From the NCBI RefSeq assembly GCF_963921235.1, contig NC_086106.1:23808001-23872000 (forward strand): DNA of 64,000 nt, given 5' to 3'. Shown here piece by piece: positions 24,030-38,335 of the stretch. Position numbers and translations under genes: made by a program. Below the pieces are notes generated by a model. That model was given only the letters and a program-made list of their open reading frames with translations, was not told where the DNA came from and did not search any database. Origin of the DNA: Mobula hypostoma. Lineage: Eukaryota. Each line of letters begins with the position of its first letter. Within the stretch, counting starts at the first letter, position 1.

Positions 24030-24720
24030 TCATTCCCCTGCTGTTCTTATTTTATATTTATCAGTGTGAAGGTAACCACAACAACAATATCATTTTCAAG
24101 TTTGCCTGACGGTAGCACTGCTGTTTGTGAAACAAAGGTGCTTATGAAGGAGTAAATAGGAGAGAGATTGAAATTCTTGGTGGATGCTGCCTCAAACGCA
24201 ACCTCTCTCTCAACGTCAGGAACAAGATAGATCTGATTATTGACTGCAGAGGATTTTTTTCCCAACAAGAAGATGACACGTGATGTCCATGATACACTCC
24301 TCGTTGGCGTACTAAAGGTGGGGAGGGACAACAAAGGTAAATTCTTCTGCTTTACCTTGCGTCCATGCTGCAGATTTTACTAATGTTTGTATCATGGCCT
24401 AGTATGGATTGACCAATGTCCGTGAATGGAATTATCTTCCGAATTTGTAGACAAGACCGGTGCACCACATTTGAAAGTCCTTCCCATCGTTGTGCACATG
24501 CGCAAGCAGCCCTGTCACTGCATAGAAACATGCGTCATCAAGAATCCCCACCATCTAAACCATGTCTTCTCCTTACTTCTGCTGTTAGTAAGGATGTGTA
24601 GAAGGATGTTAGTTCTCATTCTAATAGTTTCAAGAATAGTTATTACCCAGCAACCAGCAGGCTACTGTATCAAACTTCGGTCGCCTAACAAAGCTTTTAC
24701 GAATGCCATCTCCTCGATTT
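24030..24720 (+). mobile_element. Rex1/Babar-type LINE remnant
   Basis: Degenerate segment resembling KFADDST..RREIE..NLSLNV..LIIDFR. Confidence 0.55.
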
Positions 24721-24888
24721 AAAGATCTCTAAAATCTCCATGGTCACAATATAACTTATTAGGTGTTTCTCAATTAATATTCTGTGTTACGTTATACATT
24801 TACACAATTTGTTGTCTTTGTTCATTGCTTGTATACGTCTTTGCTTTGAAGTAATTTCTCATTGCCTCCATTGTGATACTTTGTAGTT

Positions 24889-25187
24889 ACAGTTTGAGGA
24901 TAGAGGGGAAGCCTTTTAGGACCGAGATTAGGAAAAACTTCTTCACACAGAGAGTGGTGAATCTGTGGAATCTGTGGAATTCTCTGCCACAGCAAACTGT
25001 TGAGGCCAGTTCATTAGCTATGTTTAAAAGGAAGTTAGATATGGCCCTTGTGGCTACAGGGGTCAGGGGGTATGGAGGGAAGGCTGGGTTCTGTGTTGGA
25101 TGATCAGCCATGATCATAATAAATGGCGGTGCAGGCTCGAAGGGCCGAATGGCCTACTCCTGCACCTATTTTCTATGTTTCTATGTT
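24889..25187 (+). mobile_element. Young CR1 3' fragment (~300 bp)
   Basis: Near-identical to the 3' end of copy B, with a 9-bp tandem duplication (aatctgtgg)x2 and a (tttctatg) tail. Confidence 0.93.
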
Positions 25188-25924
25188 ATTGGAAAAGCTC
25201 GCAAGATAGCAAATTTCAAGTTAAAATATGGCGAAAATGTGTACCTTGATAAAGATTTTCGTAGAACTTTCAAATTTAAGTCAGAAGCGATTCCCTGTTG
25301 CTGTGGCATTATAAAAAATCTGCTCCTAGTACGTCTGACAGAGTACAATAAAGATTCTCCAATGTTCCTAATTTAATACGTGTTTTTTTTTTTTGTTCTG
25401 TTGATCAAGATACATCGATCAAGGGATCGATTTATGACATTCCTCAACACTTGGGAAGCAGTAATTTATATCACTTTGAACGCCCTGCAATCATTAATCT
25501 TTTTTTTTCTGTTCAACTACCGTTGCATCATGGCCCCGTGAAATATAAACCAGGTACAATAGAAAGGTAACGTTGAACTAAGTTCTCCGTATTGGGATAA
25601 CACAAAAAAAGAAATAATAATCAAAGGTTTAAAACATTTGAAGGGTACATTTAATGTCAGAGGAATATCAAAAATATATATCCTGAGAGTATTTTTATTT
25701 GCAATTTCCCACGAAAACTTAGGAGTGCGCCATAGAGGAATGACAGTTACATGTCAGAATCCTAAAGACCCCACACCAGCTAACCACTTCCGCGGGACAG
25801 GACTGACAATATAATCATTGAGAATCATAATTATAAGATACGAAATGTGCCGGCAAAGATAACTCTATCATTATACAGAATAGATACGTAATACACTGAG
25901 AATGCTGAAAATATGTTGCCAACG

Positions 25925-28255
25925 AAATAGAAACATAGAAACAAACAAACTGTAAAAAAAAAAATCAACAACAGCAACAAACAAAAACCGTCGGCCCAAA
26001 ACATTGTGCCGGACATGTCCTTGCCTCAGAACCAGCTAGGCTTACTCATAGCTCTCCATTTTTCTAAAGCCCATGTATCCATCTGGGAGTCTTTGAAAAG
26101 AGCTTTTCGTTTTCGTTTCCATCACCGCCGCCGGCAGCCCATGCCACGCATTACCACTCTCTGCGTAAAAAAAAAACAACGTATCCCTGACATTTCCGCT
26201 GCACCTTAAATCTGCGCCCTCTCTTTCCCGCCATTTCAACCCTGGGGAAAAGCCTCTAACTCTCTGGACGATCAATGTCTAGCATCATCTTGTACACCTC
26301 TATCAAGTCACCGTTCATCCTCCGTCGCTCCAAGGAGAAAATGTTATTCGACCTATTCTCATAAAGCATGCTTCCCAATCCAGGCAACATCCTTGTAAAT
26401 GTTATCTGCACCTTTTCTATAGTTTCTACGTGCTTCCTGTAGTGAGCCGAACAGTACTGAGCATAGTACACCAAGTGGGGTCTGACCGGAACCAAATATA
26501 GCTGCAAAATTACCTCTCAGTTCCTCAACACAATCCCATGAATAATGTTGCTCAATGCTCCCTATGCATTCTTCACCGCAGAGTCAACATGCGTTGCACC
26601 ATTGCGTGTCCCATGGACTCGGACCCCAGGATGCCGCTGGTCCTTCATGCTGCCAAGAGTCTCGCCACTACCGTTATATTCTGCCATCATAGATGACCTA
26701 CCGAAATGAAATCCCTCACACTGATCCGGGCAGAAATCCATCTGCAACCTCGCACCCCAGTTTTGCATTCCTATCAGTGTGGCGGTGTAACTACTGACAA
26801 CCCACACTATCCACAAATCCCCAACCTTTGATCATCAGAAAATTTACTAACCTATCCCTCCGCTTTCTTATCCAGGCTATTTATAAAGAAAAAGTATATA
26901 AAATAAAAAATGAGTTGGGATCCGAGAACAGATCCCTGAGGCACACCAGTGGTCACCAGCCTCCATGCAGAACATGACCAGTCAACAAACTCTCTTTGCC
27001 TTATGTGGGCAAGCCGGTTCTGAATCTACAAAGCAATGTCCCCCTTCGATCCCATGCAGCCTTACTTTCTCAATAAGCTTTGCATGGGATATCTTATCAA
27101 AGACATCGCTAAAATCGATATACACTACATCTACTGTTCTGCCCTCATCAATACGCAACGTCACATCCTCAAAAAATTCAATCATGCTCGATAGGCACGA
27201 CCTGACTTTGACAACGCCACGCAAACTAGTCCTAATCATATTCTAATTCTCTAAATGTTCATAAATCCTGTCTGTCAGGATCTTCTGCATTAACCTACCC
27301 ACGTCTGAAGTAAGACTCACTGGTCTATAATTTCCTGGGCTATCTCTTCTCTCTTTCTTGAATAACGGAATAATATCCGCAACCCGACAATCTTCCGGTG
27401 TCTCTCCCGTCCAGATTGATGATGCAAAGATCATCCTCAGAGGCCCAGCAGTCTCCTTTCTCGCCTCTCACAGTAGCCTGGGGTACATTCCGTCCAGTAA
27501 CAGTGAATTATCCAACTTGATGTTTTCCAAAAAACCCAGCACATCCTCTTGCTTAATGTCTTCATGCTTACGCTTCCTGTCCGCTGCCAGTCATCCCTGC
27601 AATCACCAAGATCCTTTCCCATAGTGATTACTGAAGCAAAGTATTAATTAATACTTCTGCCATCTCCTCCGGTTGCATACAAACTTTCTACTATCACATT
27701 TGTTTGATCCTATCCTCTCACATCTAATCCTCTTGCCTTTTACAGACTTGTAGATGGCCTTGGGGTTGCCCTGAATCCTGTTAGCCAAAACCTTCTCGTG
27801 GCCCCGTCCGGCTTTCCTAACAGCATTCTTAAGCTCCCTCCTCCCAGCCTTATTATCTTCTCGATCTCTAATATAACCTAGTTTTTTGAACCTCCTATAT
27901 TCTCTTGACTGGATTTACAACAGCATTTGTGCACCACGGTTCCTGTACCCTAACATCCTTTTCCTGTCTCATTGGAATGTCTCTACGCAGAACCACACTA
28001 AAATAACCCTTGGACATTTGCCACATTTCTTCCGTACGTTTCCGTGAGAACATCTGTTTCAAACTTATGCTTCCAAGTTCATGTCTGATAGGCTCATGCT
28101 TCCCCTTATTCCAGTTAAACTGTTCCATAACATGTGTGTTCCTATCCCTCTCCAATGTTATAGTAAAGGAGATAGAATTGTGATCACAGTCTCCAAAATG
28201 CTCTCCCAGTGAGAGACCTGTCACCTGTCCAGGTTCTTTTCCCAATACCAGATCA
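25925..28255 (-). mobile_element. Old CR1 LINE, decayed
   Basis: Fragments YRPVSLTS, SCLSSMIEFFEDVT..VYIDFS and VRPHLVYYAQ; tail tagaaacatagaaac at ~25928. Confidence 0.88.
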
Positions 28256-29429
28256 AATTTTCCCTCTTAAAATGCAAAGAATGAACCTGAATCTGATAAG
28301 AAATAAATAGCGGACTCTTAGTGCCTTGATATGTAGACGTAAGGTTTTTCAAATTTTAGGTTACTTGTTCATAGGACATTTACTATTCACGTATCTATGT
28401 GGAATGCAAATCGGGGATTCGTCCTCCTGCAGGTAGCGCGAAACAAAGATACAAAGAGAAAAAAAAACAAACATACAACACACGAGAAGATGAGCAAAGT
28501 AAATAAAGCGAAAGGACAACACGTTAAACAAAAAAAAAAAATCAAATACCAAACTGGGATTCCAGTCGTACTCAGTCTACTTTATTTCCGTGCCATGTCG
28601 ATTGCCCACTGCAGGCATTTTTCGCTGAAGCACCACAGTCAACAGCGATTGCACCGATCACATTGCTTAAAAACAGCAAAAGAAAAGAACAACTACAATC
28701 AACAAATACATGCACCATTAATCGAGGTCCCCTGAAACGATTGCACCGCCTTACGGTTCACTCCAAGCCTAATACATTTTCCTCCTACAGTTGGCAGCTA
28801 GAGAGACAGTAAGACCAGCATAACACAGAAAGTCGGCGGTGAATACTCGACCGTACTCTGTTGCTGTCCTCGTTGAACTCAATCATACTGTACGCCTCAG
28901 TCGGAGCGGAGTTCCGGCCATGAGGCTGTACTCTTTACATCAAACTTCACTGTATGCCCTCGGAGTTAATAAGGTGCCCTATTGCCCAATCACTCCAAAA
29001 AACAAGCATACACACACCTCAAAAAGTAACTCGCAGATTCCATTTGCATGTTTTCTAGTAGTATAATCATCTGTAAATGAATAAGTAAAATAAGTAAAAT
29101 AAGTCGTTTCGTGATTTGACTTTAGGACGATGCCACTGGTCGCGTTTTTCACTGGCACCATCAAGACTCCGGCAGCTTTTCTAATTATAATCAACAAGCC
29201 GCGGATAAGTTCCCTGAAGAAACATGGGGATACAAGTCTCAAACAGAGCCGTGTTTTTCTGCACTACGTTATCACAATTAATCAGGAAGCAAGTTGTGAA
29301 CCCATTCTGCAGCTGCAGCGAGAGACCTCAAGGGGAAATCGTGCCTGGGCCAAATATTGTCAACGTGGTCTCACACAACTGACGATATTGGAGCATCACG
29401 TTTATTTTTTATATCTGTATACAGAAACG

Positions 29430-29550
29430 TTTTATCTCTGTCTCCGTCTCTGTCTTTCTGTCTCTCTGTCTCTCTGTCTCTCTCTCTCTTTCTCTTCTCT
29501 CTCAACCACACACTCACAGAGGCAGATACATGCACACACAGACACAGAGC

Positions 29551-29599
<49 letters not shown>

Positions 29600-29610
29600 A
29601 CACACACACA
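29430..29610. repeat. (CT)n then (CA)n microsatellite
   Basis: Directly visible. Confidence 0.9.
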
Positions 29611-32600
29611 CCATCACGCATATTTTGTCATTGAACGCGGTGATTCACTGTAGTCTATTTACATGTCATGCGTAGATTGAGGATATATAACAAGCTAATG
29701 ATCAAACACGAAAAATATTTGATTTGATTTTGAATTTCGGTTGTCTTGATCTCCATGTGCCCTGGCAGAGAAGCGGCGAGAAAACAAGGAATAAAATTAC
29801 AAGCCATGTTAGCTGCAGATGCCACAAAGAGAAGATAAGAAAGAGGAAGATGCAGCGGCAAGGAGAAGGTGATGGAGGACGGAAGACGGGGTTCATGTGG
29901 CAAATGATTCAGATAATGTTAATAATATTTAATCTTTCATTAAGTTTATTAATAAGGATGGCGAGCTGTGGTGAGATGTATGTTAAGATCAGCATATGAC
30001 AAGATATCGCAAAGACAGTTATCGAGATAATGCACTTATGACCAAAAGTAAGGTTTTCAAATTGTTATACTGTGAGGCAAAGTTCAATCGGGGACGAGTG
30101 AAACGCGCTTCAGACTCCCCAAAATAGAAGTCTGATTTCCATTGCCTGACGTATCTCGGATCTGAAGTACAAACACGGGAGAGTACCTCGATGTGTCCCT
30201 GTTAACTTACAAAGCAGACACTGTGTCCTATGTTGATTAAGTTGTTTCCCATCCATGGAGAATCTACGTCCAGCTGCGGCTACAATGCACTCCAGGAAAC
30301 TCAGGGGGTGATATATATATATATTTTTTTTTTAACAGAAGACTCTGGCGCCAATAACAAAGGAGATATATGTGTTTCCAAGTGTTCGTCTGAGCTGACG
30401 ATGTTGGACCCGATCTGTAACACTGAGGAACAGTTAGTCTGCTAATTCTGGCCAAAGACTGTAATTTACAGTACATTGGACATGCTTGAGATCGGCCGAT
30501 TTATTGCTGAATATATAAATAGCCTGCCCTCAGATCAGTCACTACAGTTTCCTGACAGATTTTCTGCTATTTATAAGAAATAAACCATTCGGTTCCTGTG
30601 ACAATCGCATCTGTTAAGCTCTTGTGTAATGAACCCCACATTTTTTTTATCAGCAATGTAGCAGATTCGAACAAATACCGAAATGAAAGAGTTATAGAAA
30701 AAATTGCACTGCACCCGCGCAGTCAAATCTTGGAAGAGACTGAAATTATTAGGATTTATTTGTTTTTATTTTTTAAAATTGCGTTTCTTATTCACCGTTC
30801 CAAGAAGAGAAGCCAGTCTTTGTCATGTCATCAATATTTGAAAAGCCTCATTCTTCATAATTCTCCCAGCCTACTCTTACAACTGTTAACATGTGGTTAT
30901 TGAATAATTAACATGAGACATTGTCTTCTCATGTTTTGTCGGCATGACCATTTATATACAATTGTCTGTACACCACCTTATGGTGACTGGGGACAGTTGT
31001 CATTCTCTCTTTCCCCGCTACATAAAGCAGAGAATCTTTCCACTGTAAGTCACGTTAACCATGCGTTTTCTTCATGTTCTTAATTAATACCGAGGCAGAA
31101 AGGCTAGATAACTGGAAGTCTTCCTGTCGAAATTGAATTATATTCCTTTTCCTCCTCAAAGTTCTGTACAACAGGTTTGATTTAGAAAATTGACATATAT
31201 CACGACCCGGTATTGTCATTAAACCGTTTTGACAGTTGTTCCCGTTCCCTTTTCAAATTGGAAAGTCTTGCTTACGCGTTGCATAATTAACGACTATAGG
31301 CTATTTTTTTCGCTCTGCAAGGATAGAGGGGGTGGTAGAATCTGGATGAATATAACCTCTTTTATAAACCGTGCTTGACCCTCAAGATGAATTGAATAGG
31401 CCTAAGGGCTGCTATATTTCATGACATCAATGCCGATGACCATGTTTGAAATCAGGGCCTCAGGAGAGCTGAGTTAATCGTAATGGCGTTATGGCTTCGG
31501 CCATTCCCATATTGTTTTTACTGAATTCTTTGCTTCAAGTCTGTCGGAAACTATCTCTTTGAGTCAAATCAATAAGATAAAAAAAAAAACGTTTCTCATG
31601 TACATAAATTTGACATAATATCTTCTGGCAGTAGCTCTGGAACAACCAATAACGAGGTTATTTATGCGATTTGCCTACTGGTTGCATTGGAGTACTGCCT
31701 TCGCGTGACAGAAGGTCTCATTGACGCAAAAAAACACTCCAATGCGAAGAGCCAGTTTAAGTTGCAATCAGAATTTCAAGTTCATTCAGATCAATTTCAG
31801 AAGAAGGCATGTGTTCACGTTATGACAGCAGTGAGCCTCCGACGAATTATGCAACACGTAACTAACTATGGTTTCTTCAAATAGGTTAAAATTTGCACTG
31901 ATCTCTAATTCCTCACTTATGTCGAAAAAGATGCACAACCACAATCGAGTCATTCGTTTTGTCCCGGTACGTTTCCACTCAAGCGTCATGAATTCTGTAT
32001 TTTCTATACTGTCAGCCGTTCCCTTTCTCTAAGGTCAGTCTCTGCTTAACTGACGCATGTGCAGAATATCGCCTCTACTCACATCTAGACTGCTCATAGA
32101 TGATGTGCTTCTTTGCAAAGCCAATGACAATGAATCCTTGTTTCATTATCCTTATGTGCTGACCACTGGACAATGATCAACTGTAACGCTGAACTACTTT
32201 TTTTTTGTAGCTAAGGTCCTCTTCTGGTTAACTCAGCATCTTTTAGAGGATCGCAAACATATGCGGAGGGGTTCATCACTGGTTCTGCAGTCCATTGAAC
32301 ATAGTCCTCTCACAGGTTTTCTGCTGTCTATGGGATCATGGTTGGTGAAATTCAATTAAATATATTTAATTCTGCCGTGAATTTCTATGTCTTGAAGAGT
32401 AGACTGCACAAACCTCTGTAATAAAAAACAAAGAAAAGCAATTGCAAAAATCAGTCGGTAACCGTCGTAATTGTATGGATAAAATGAAATGAGCAGAGCT
32501 GTCTATTCCTCCGAGTTTTCACCGAACGCATTTTAAACACCGTCTGTTTGAAGGCGCACAGCCGCAATAGTACAATTCTCTGCACATTTCAAGTGCCTCC

Positions 32601-34849
32601 TCTGCAGTGACTCTCCGATCCTACATTACGACCTTTTCCTTCTGGACAATCTCGTCCTAAGCATGTAGTAGCATTTTTTATGATGTTATCAAGCCAACGT
32701 GATAGAGATATAATTTGGTATTGATCTATCGCGATTATCGCATGGCATGTTGCACGTGATACTAGGAAGACAATAACGAAACAGAATCTTGTGCAAGCGC
32801 TCTGGGGGATTCTTCTTCCTGGAATCTGAATGATATAATTATCAGGAAATAAAAGTTAGAGGGAGAGATATAATACATTATTGTAGTAAAATATTCAAAT
32901 CCTGAAGAGAATAATGCATGAGTGGTGAAAAAAATGAAGAGGGGATATAACCAGACGATTTAAGAGAGCTGGAGTGAGAGGCAAGTGGAGAGTGATGAAC
33001 ACAACGATAGAGAAAAGGGAAAGAAGGATAAAGAAATAGAAAAAAAAAAGATTGCCTTCTGCAGAAATAGTGAATATTAAAAAATCCATCTAACCGGCAC
33101 CCACTGCATCACAACATCTTCTTCGTAATGAGATATCTTCTGCCATTATCTATTTCCTTACCCGTATCCTATCTGAAGCATTGGCATGATACATCCGTGC
33201 CATGTGTTGCTATAAGTTTATAAAAAGACAGAGCATGTTAACTCAGGTTGATATGCAATAGAATGCTGATTTCACCATGTCAAGTTCTTCGCTTCGGTGC
33301 AATCTGTGGATTTTAATCGCTTCCAAACTTTCCGGATTTTCCATGCGACGAGGCAGCATCCCGTGTCAAAGATTCAATATAGCAGCATCGCTCTGAAGTA
33401 ACAACTGAAAAAAAAAACTCTTACGCTGAATTGAATCGATAGTGGAACTCTCTTCTGATCTGTACAGTATCTTGGAGATGGAGAAGAATCTATGTTGAGA
33501 AGTTTCCATTCCTGAGGTTGCACTTACCAAATCGACACAGGTTATCAGAGATGGCAGATTTAAGCAACTTGCAACACTGTCAGTACACTCCTTTGAAAGA
33601 AAAAAAATCTTAATGGACGCAAATTAAGTTGCATTCGGGATTCTGATTTCACTGTATCATTCACAGACAGGTATTCTACAAATCTCACTAGCAGTTTTGC
33701 TGGATCGTCAACAGGATCACGTTTGGCGACCTTTAGATCTGTAATCGCTGTGCGGCATGTTTATATACAAACAATTACTTTTAATTTCAATTAACATGGT
33801 GCATCTCAGTTCCTTGCCCCCTGCACTATATCTTCTCGTGACACGTGCGGCACAAAGGAAATAATGCTGGATTTCAGATAATCGGGGATCTTCTTTGTAC
33901 CGTCTTTCACGCATTTTCGATGCTCCACAGCACTGCCGTCAGTTGATAACCTTGCGGTTCCTCCGATAATATGGCGATAGAAGTTTCCTGTGATGTAGAG
34001 CTGTGCTTTTGAATGTAAGAATTGACGTCAGCAAAGAGAGCACGAGAATGCAATCACTGCAAGCACAGTGTCCAGTGTAAATATAGTACGTTTTATTTTT
34101 CAGTAACAGTAAAGAATAAAGGTTAGAAAAATAATTACGTGTGTTAGTGTATTTTGGTACTACTGTCTTTGTATCGGTCGGTCCAGCACGACAGTAGCGG
34201 AACTGTATGGGGATTATTTTCAGCAGGCGCTACTGAAAACCTGGCCTGAATTAATATGAAGGTAGAGTTTGCCGAATACAGAATATCCTGGATAATAGCC
34301 TCTAAGACACCTTCAGAAAGCTCAACCGGGCGAGAAGCAGTGGTTCCCCGCAGAGTAGTAAGACAAAACACCCTGCAGAACAACTTCGTGTGTCAAATAC
34401 GATATTTGAGCAATGTTTTCAAGGACGAATGCGGACATCGTGCTTCATCAACTTGAGCATAGTGAATGGAGATTCAACCAAAAGGACTTCCGGCTGCTTA
34501 TACAAATATATATAATGAGTCCGGAATAGTGTTATCACAGCCGGACTGTCGCTCCGCGTTGAATTGCTCGTCACAATTTTTTCATAAAGGTTTAAATAAA
34601 GATTATCATGAAAATGTTGTCCATTCGATCGCATTGTCAACGCCTTGTGCTCTACCTCGACTGATGAAAACTGCATTTCTGTTTTCTGCATAGCCATCTC
34701 CACGGCAATTCAACATCCCTATCTTACTATGACATATTGATAGATATAATCAGAGCTAATGATCTATATTGCCAGAGGACTACTGAATGGCTGAACGCTT
34801 CCGGTGAATCTGTTATCGGCATACCCGTCATGAAATGTTAAAGATAGAT

Positions 34850-36828
34850 GTAGAACTCTCGAAGCGGAGACTGTAAACACTGCATACATGAGGTTTAGGA
34901 AGCAGGGATCGGATGGGTCTATTGAGGGATATAGGAAAGCAAGAAATGAGCTTACGAAGGGGCTAAGAAGAGCAAGAAGGGAGCATGAGAAGGCCTTGGT
35001 GGGTAAGGTAATGGAAAATTCGAAGGCATTCTTCAATTATGTGAAGAAAAAAAAGGATGACAGGAGTGAAGGTAGGACCGATTAGAGATAAGGGAGGGAA
35101 GATATGCCTGGAGGCTGTGGAAGTAAGCGAGGTCCTCAATGAATTATTCTCTTCGGTATTCGCCAATGAGAGGGAACTTGATGATGTTGAGGACTAAATG
35201 AGTGAGGTTGATGTTCTGGAGCATGTTAATATTAAGTGTGAGGAGAGGTGAATTTGTTAAAATGCATTAGGGCAGATAAGTCCCCGGGGCCTGACGGAAT
35301 ATTGCCCAGGCTGCTCCACGAGACGAGGGAAGAGATTGCTGAGCCTCTGGCTAGGATTTTTATGTCGTCGTTGTCCACGGGAATGGTACCGGAGGATTGG
35401 AGGTAGGCGAATGTTGTCCCCTTACTCAAAAAAGATAGTAGGGATAGTCCGGGTAATTATAGACCAGTGAGCCTTACATCTGTGTTGGGAAATCTGTTGG
35501 AAAAGATTATTAGAGATAGGATCTCTGGGTATTTAGAGAATCATGGTTAGATCAGGGACAGTCAACTTGGCTTTGTGAAGGACAGATCGTGTCTAACAAG
35601 CCTGATAGAGTTCTTTGAGGAGGTGACCAGGCATATAGATGAGGGAAGGGCAGTGGTGTGATCTATATGGATTTTAGTAAGGCATTTGACAAGGTTCCAC
35701 ACGGTACGCTTATTCAGAAAGTCAGAAGGCATGGGATCGAGGGAAGTTTGGCCAGGTGGATTCAGAATTGGCTTGCCTGCAGAAGGCAAAGGTTGGTGGT
35801 GGAGTTATCACATACAATTTGGAGGATTTTGACTAGTGGTGTCCCACAAGGATCTGTTCTGGGACCTCTACGTTTCGTGATTTTATTAATGACCTGGATG
35901 TCGGGGTAGAAGGTTGGGTTGGCAAGTTTGCAGACGAGACAAAGGTTGGTGGTATTGTTGACAGTGTAGAGGATTGTCACGGATTGCAGATAGACATTGA
36001 TAGGATGCAGAAGTGGGTTGAGAAGTGGCAGATGGAGTTCAACCCGGAGAAGTGTGAGGTGGTACACTTTGGAAGGACAAACTCCAAGGCAGAGTACAAA
36101 TTAAATGGTCGGATACTTGGTAGTGTGGAGGGGCAGGGGGATCTCGTGGTACATGTCCACAGATCCCTGAAAGTTGACTCACAGGTGGATAGGGTAGGTA
36201 GGAAATCTTATGGGGTGTTAGCTTTCAGAAGTCGAGGGATAGAGTTTAAGAGTCGCGATGTAATGATGCAGCTCTATAAAACTCTGGTTAGGCAACACTT
36301 GGAGTACTGTGTCCGGTTCTGGTCACGTTCACTATAGGAAGGATGTGGAAGCATTGGAAAGGGTACAGAGGAGATTTACCAGGATGCTGTCTGGTTTAGA
36401 AAGTATGCATTATAATCAGAGTTTAAACGAGCTAGGCCTTTCCTCTTTGGAGAGACGGAGGATGACAGGAGACATGATAGAAATGTACAAGATAAGAAGA
36501 GGAAAAGATAGAGTGGATAGCCAGCGCCTCTTCCCCAGGGCACCACTGCTCAATGCAAGAGGACATGGCTTTAAGATAAGGGGTGGGAAGTTCAAGGGGG
36601 ATATTAGAGGAAGGTTTTTTACTCAGAGAGTGGTTCGTGCATGGAATGCACTGCCTGAGTCAGTGGTGGAGGCAGATTCACTAGTGAAGTTTAAGAGACT
36701 ACTAGACAGGTATATGGAGGAAGTTAAGGTGGGGGCTTATACGGGAGGCAGGGTTTGAGGGTCGGCACAGCATTATGGGCCGAAGGGCCTGTATTGTGCT
36801 GTACTATTCTATATTCTATGTTCTATGT
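34850..36828 (+). mobile_element. CR1 LINE (another subfamily), 5'-truncated and decayed
   Basis: IYMDFSKAFDKVPH, GVPQGSVLGP and FFTQRVVRAWNALP; tail (tattc/tatgttc)n at ~36805-36828. Confidence 0.9.
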
Positions 36829-37374
36829 ATGGAAGATGATCTGTTTTCATTACAGATTATGTTTTTTTGTTGTTGTTTTTTTACTGATCAAAATCCAGCT
36901 ACTGTTTTCACCGAGAAAGGAAACAAATAAGCTGACCAATGATAACCGAGCAATAGAAATACGGAATCCGAGAGGAGCCTTGTATACTCAGTTGTGGGTG
37001 GATGTAAAAACAAACAAACAAACAAACAAACAAACAAAAAAAGCAAAACACAGCTTGTCCTGCCGGGCATACTGTGCAACAGAGAGAGCAGAGGTTGTAT
37101 CTCAAACGTGGTAGCGATTTTCAAGAAAGCCAGCAGGGACAGTAAGGACATCCTGTGTTAAATACCCAGTTCATTACGCGCAAGGGAAAATGGGTAAAAG
37201 CAAGCTTTACTTGTAACAGTTGTATTTGGAGCGGATATTGTGTGCGTGGTGCAGCGTTAAAGAGAAGAGTTCGATGATTTGGCTCAGAGAAGTTTCAGCG
37301 TGAAAAGCCGGAGGGTTTAGGCAGACTTTCTTTCGGGTACATACATTTCATATTTTAATCGAATAAGAATGAGA

Positions 37375-38335
37375 ATCAGAATCAGAATCAGAATCAGGCT
37401 TATTATAACTGGCATGTGATGTGAAATTGATTAACTTAACAGCAGCAGTTCAATGCAATACAAAATATAGAAGAAAATTAACTAAATAAAATAATTATAA
37501 TAATAATAAGTAAGCGAATTACAGTATAGGTATACCGAATAGATTGAAAATCGAGCAAAAACAGAAATACTATAGATTAAAAATGTGAAATAGTGTCGAA
37601 GGTTCAAAGTCCATTTAGGGTTCGAAGGCAGCGAGGACGAAGTTGTTCCTGAATCGGTATTGTGTTTGCCTTGAGGCTTCTATACCTCCCACCGAAGGAC
37701 AACCGTGAAAAAGGGCATACCCAGGGTGCTGGCTGTCCTTAATAATGAACGCTGCCTTTTTTTGACACCGCTCCTATCAGATACCATGGGTACATTGCAG
37801 GTTCGTATCCAAGATGTAGTTGACTAAATTTATGATCGGCTGCATCTGTTTTCCCCTTTTCCGAGCAGTAGACACCCCACCCACCATTCCAGACAGATGG
37901 AGCCTTTCATAATCCTTTCTATACTACATCTATAGAAGTTTTTGAGTGTATTTGTTGACATACCAAATCCCTCCAATCTCCTCATGAAGTATAGCCACCG
38001 TCTTCACTTCTTTATAACTGCATGGATATGTTGGGACCTCGTTTTATCCTCAGAGATCTTGTGACCCAGGAATTTGAAACTATTCGCTCTCTCCACTTCT
38101 GATCTCTAGATCAGCTGCTTCGTCTTACACCTCCGGAAGTCCAAAATCAGCTCTTTTGTCTTCCTGACGTTGAGTGCCAAGTTGTTGCTGCGGTAACACT
38201 CTACTCGTTGGCATATCTCACTCCTGTACGCCCTCATGGCACCACCTGAGATTTTACCAACAATGGTTGTAGCGTCAGCAAATTTATAGATTTTTTTTGT
38301 GTTATGCCTAGCCATGCAGTCATAAGTATGTAGAG
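37375..38335 (-). mobile_element. Rex1/Babar-type LINE remnant with (GAATCA)n tail
   Basis: KFADATTIVGKI..AYRSEI..NNLALNVRKTKELILDFRR (38106-38315). A related tail segment recurs at ~47775-47854. Confidence 0.75.

Noticed and set aside
29042-29049. Ig octamer ATTTGCAT
   Set aside because: Isolated 8-mer with no associated leader or V exon; expected by chance in 64 kb.
29600-30240. Possible decayed minus-strand V relic (flank faintly like the V1 3' flank; peptide EARFT...ISAL..S..Y; cacagta...tgaaaacct)
   Set aside because: No Cys/Trp framework, wrong motif spacing, RSS-like spacer only ~8 nt, and similarity is within what chance could give. A profile-HMM search would settle it.
33717-33914. 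YFLCAAR motif resembling a V C-terminus
   Set aside because: No heptamer/nonamer at 12- or 23-nt spacing and no upstream V framework.
34144-34383. ORF with ILY...ARFSV...TVPL resembling V framework 3
   Set aside because: Lacks WYRQ, YxC and any RSS, and other frames are closed.
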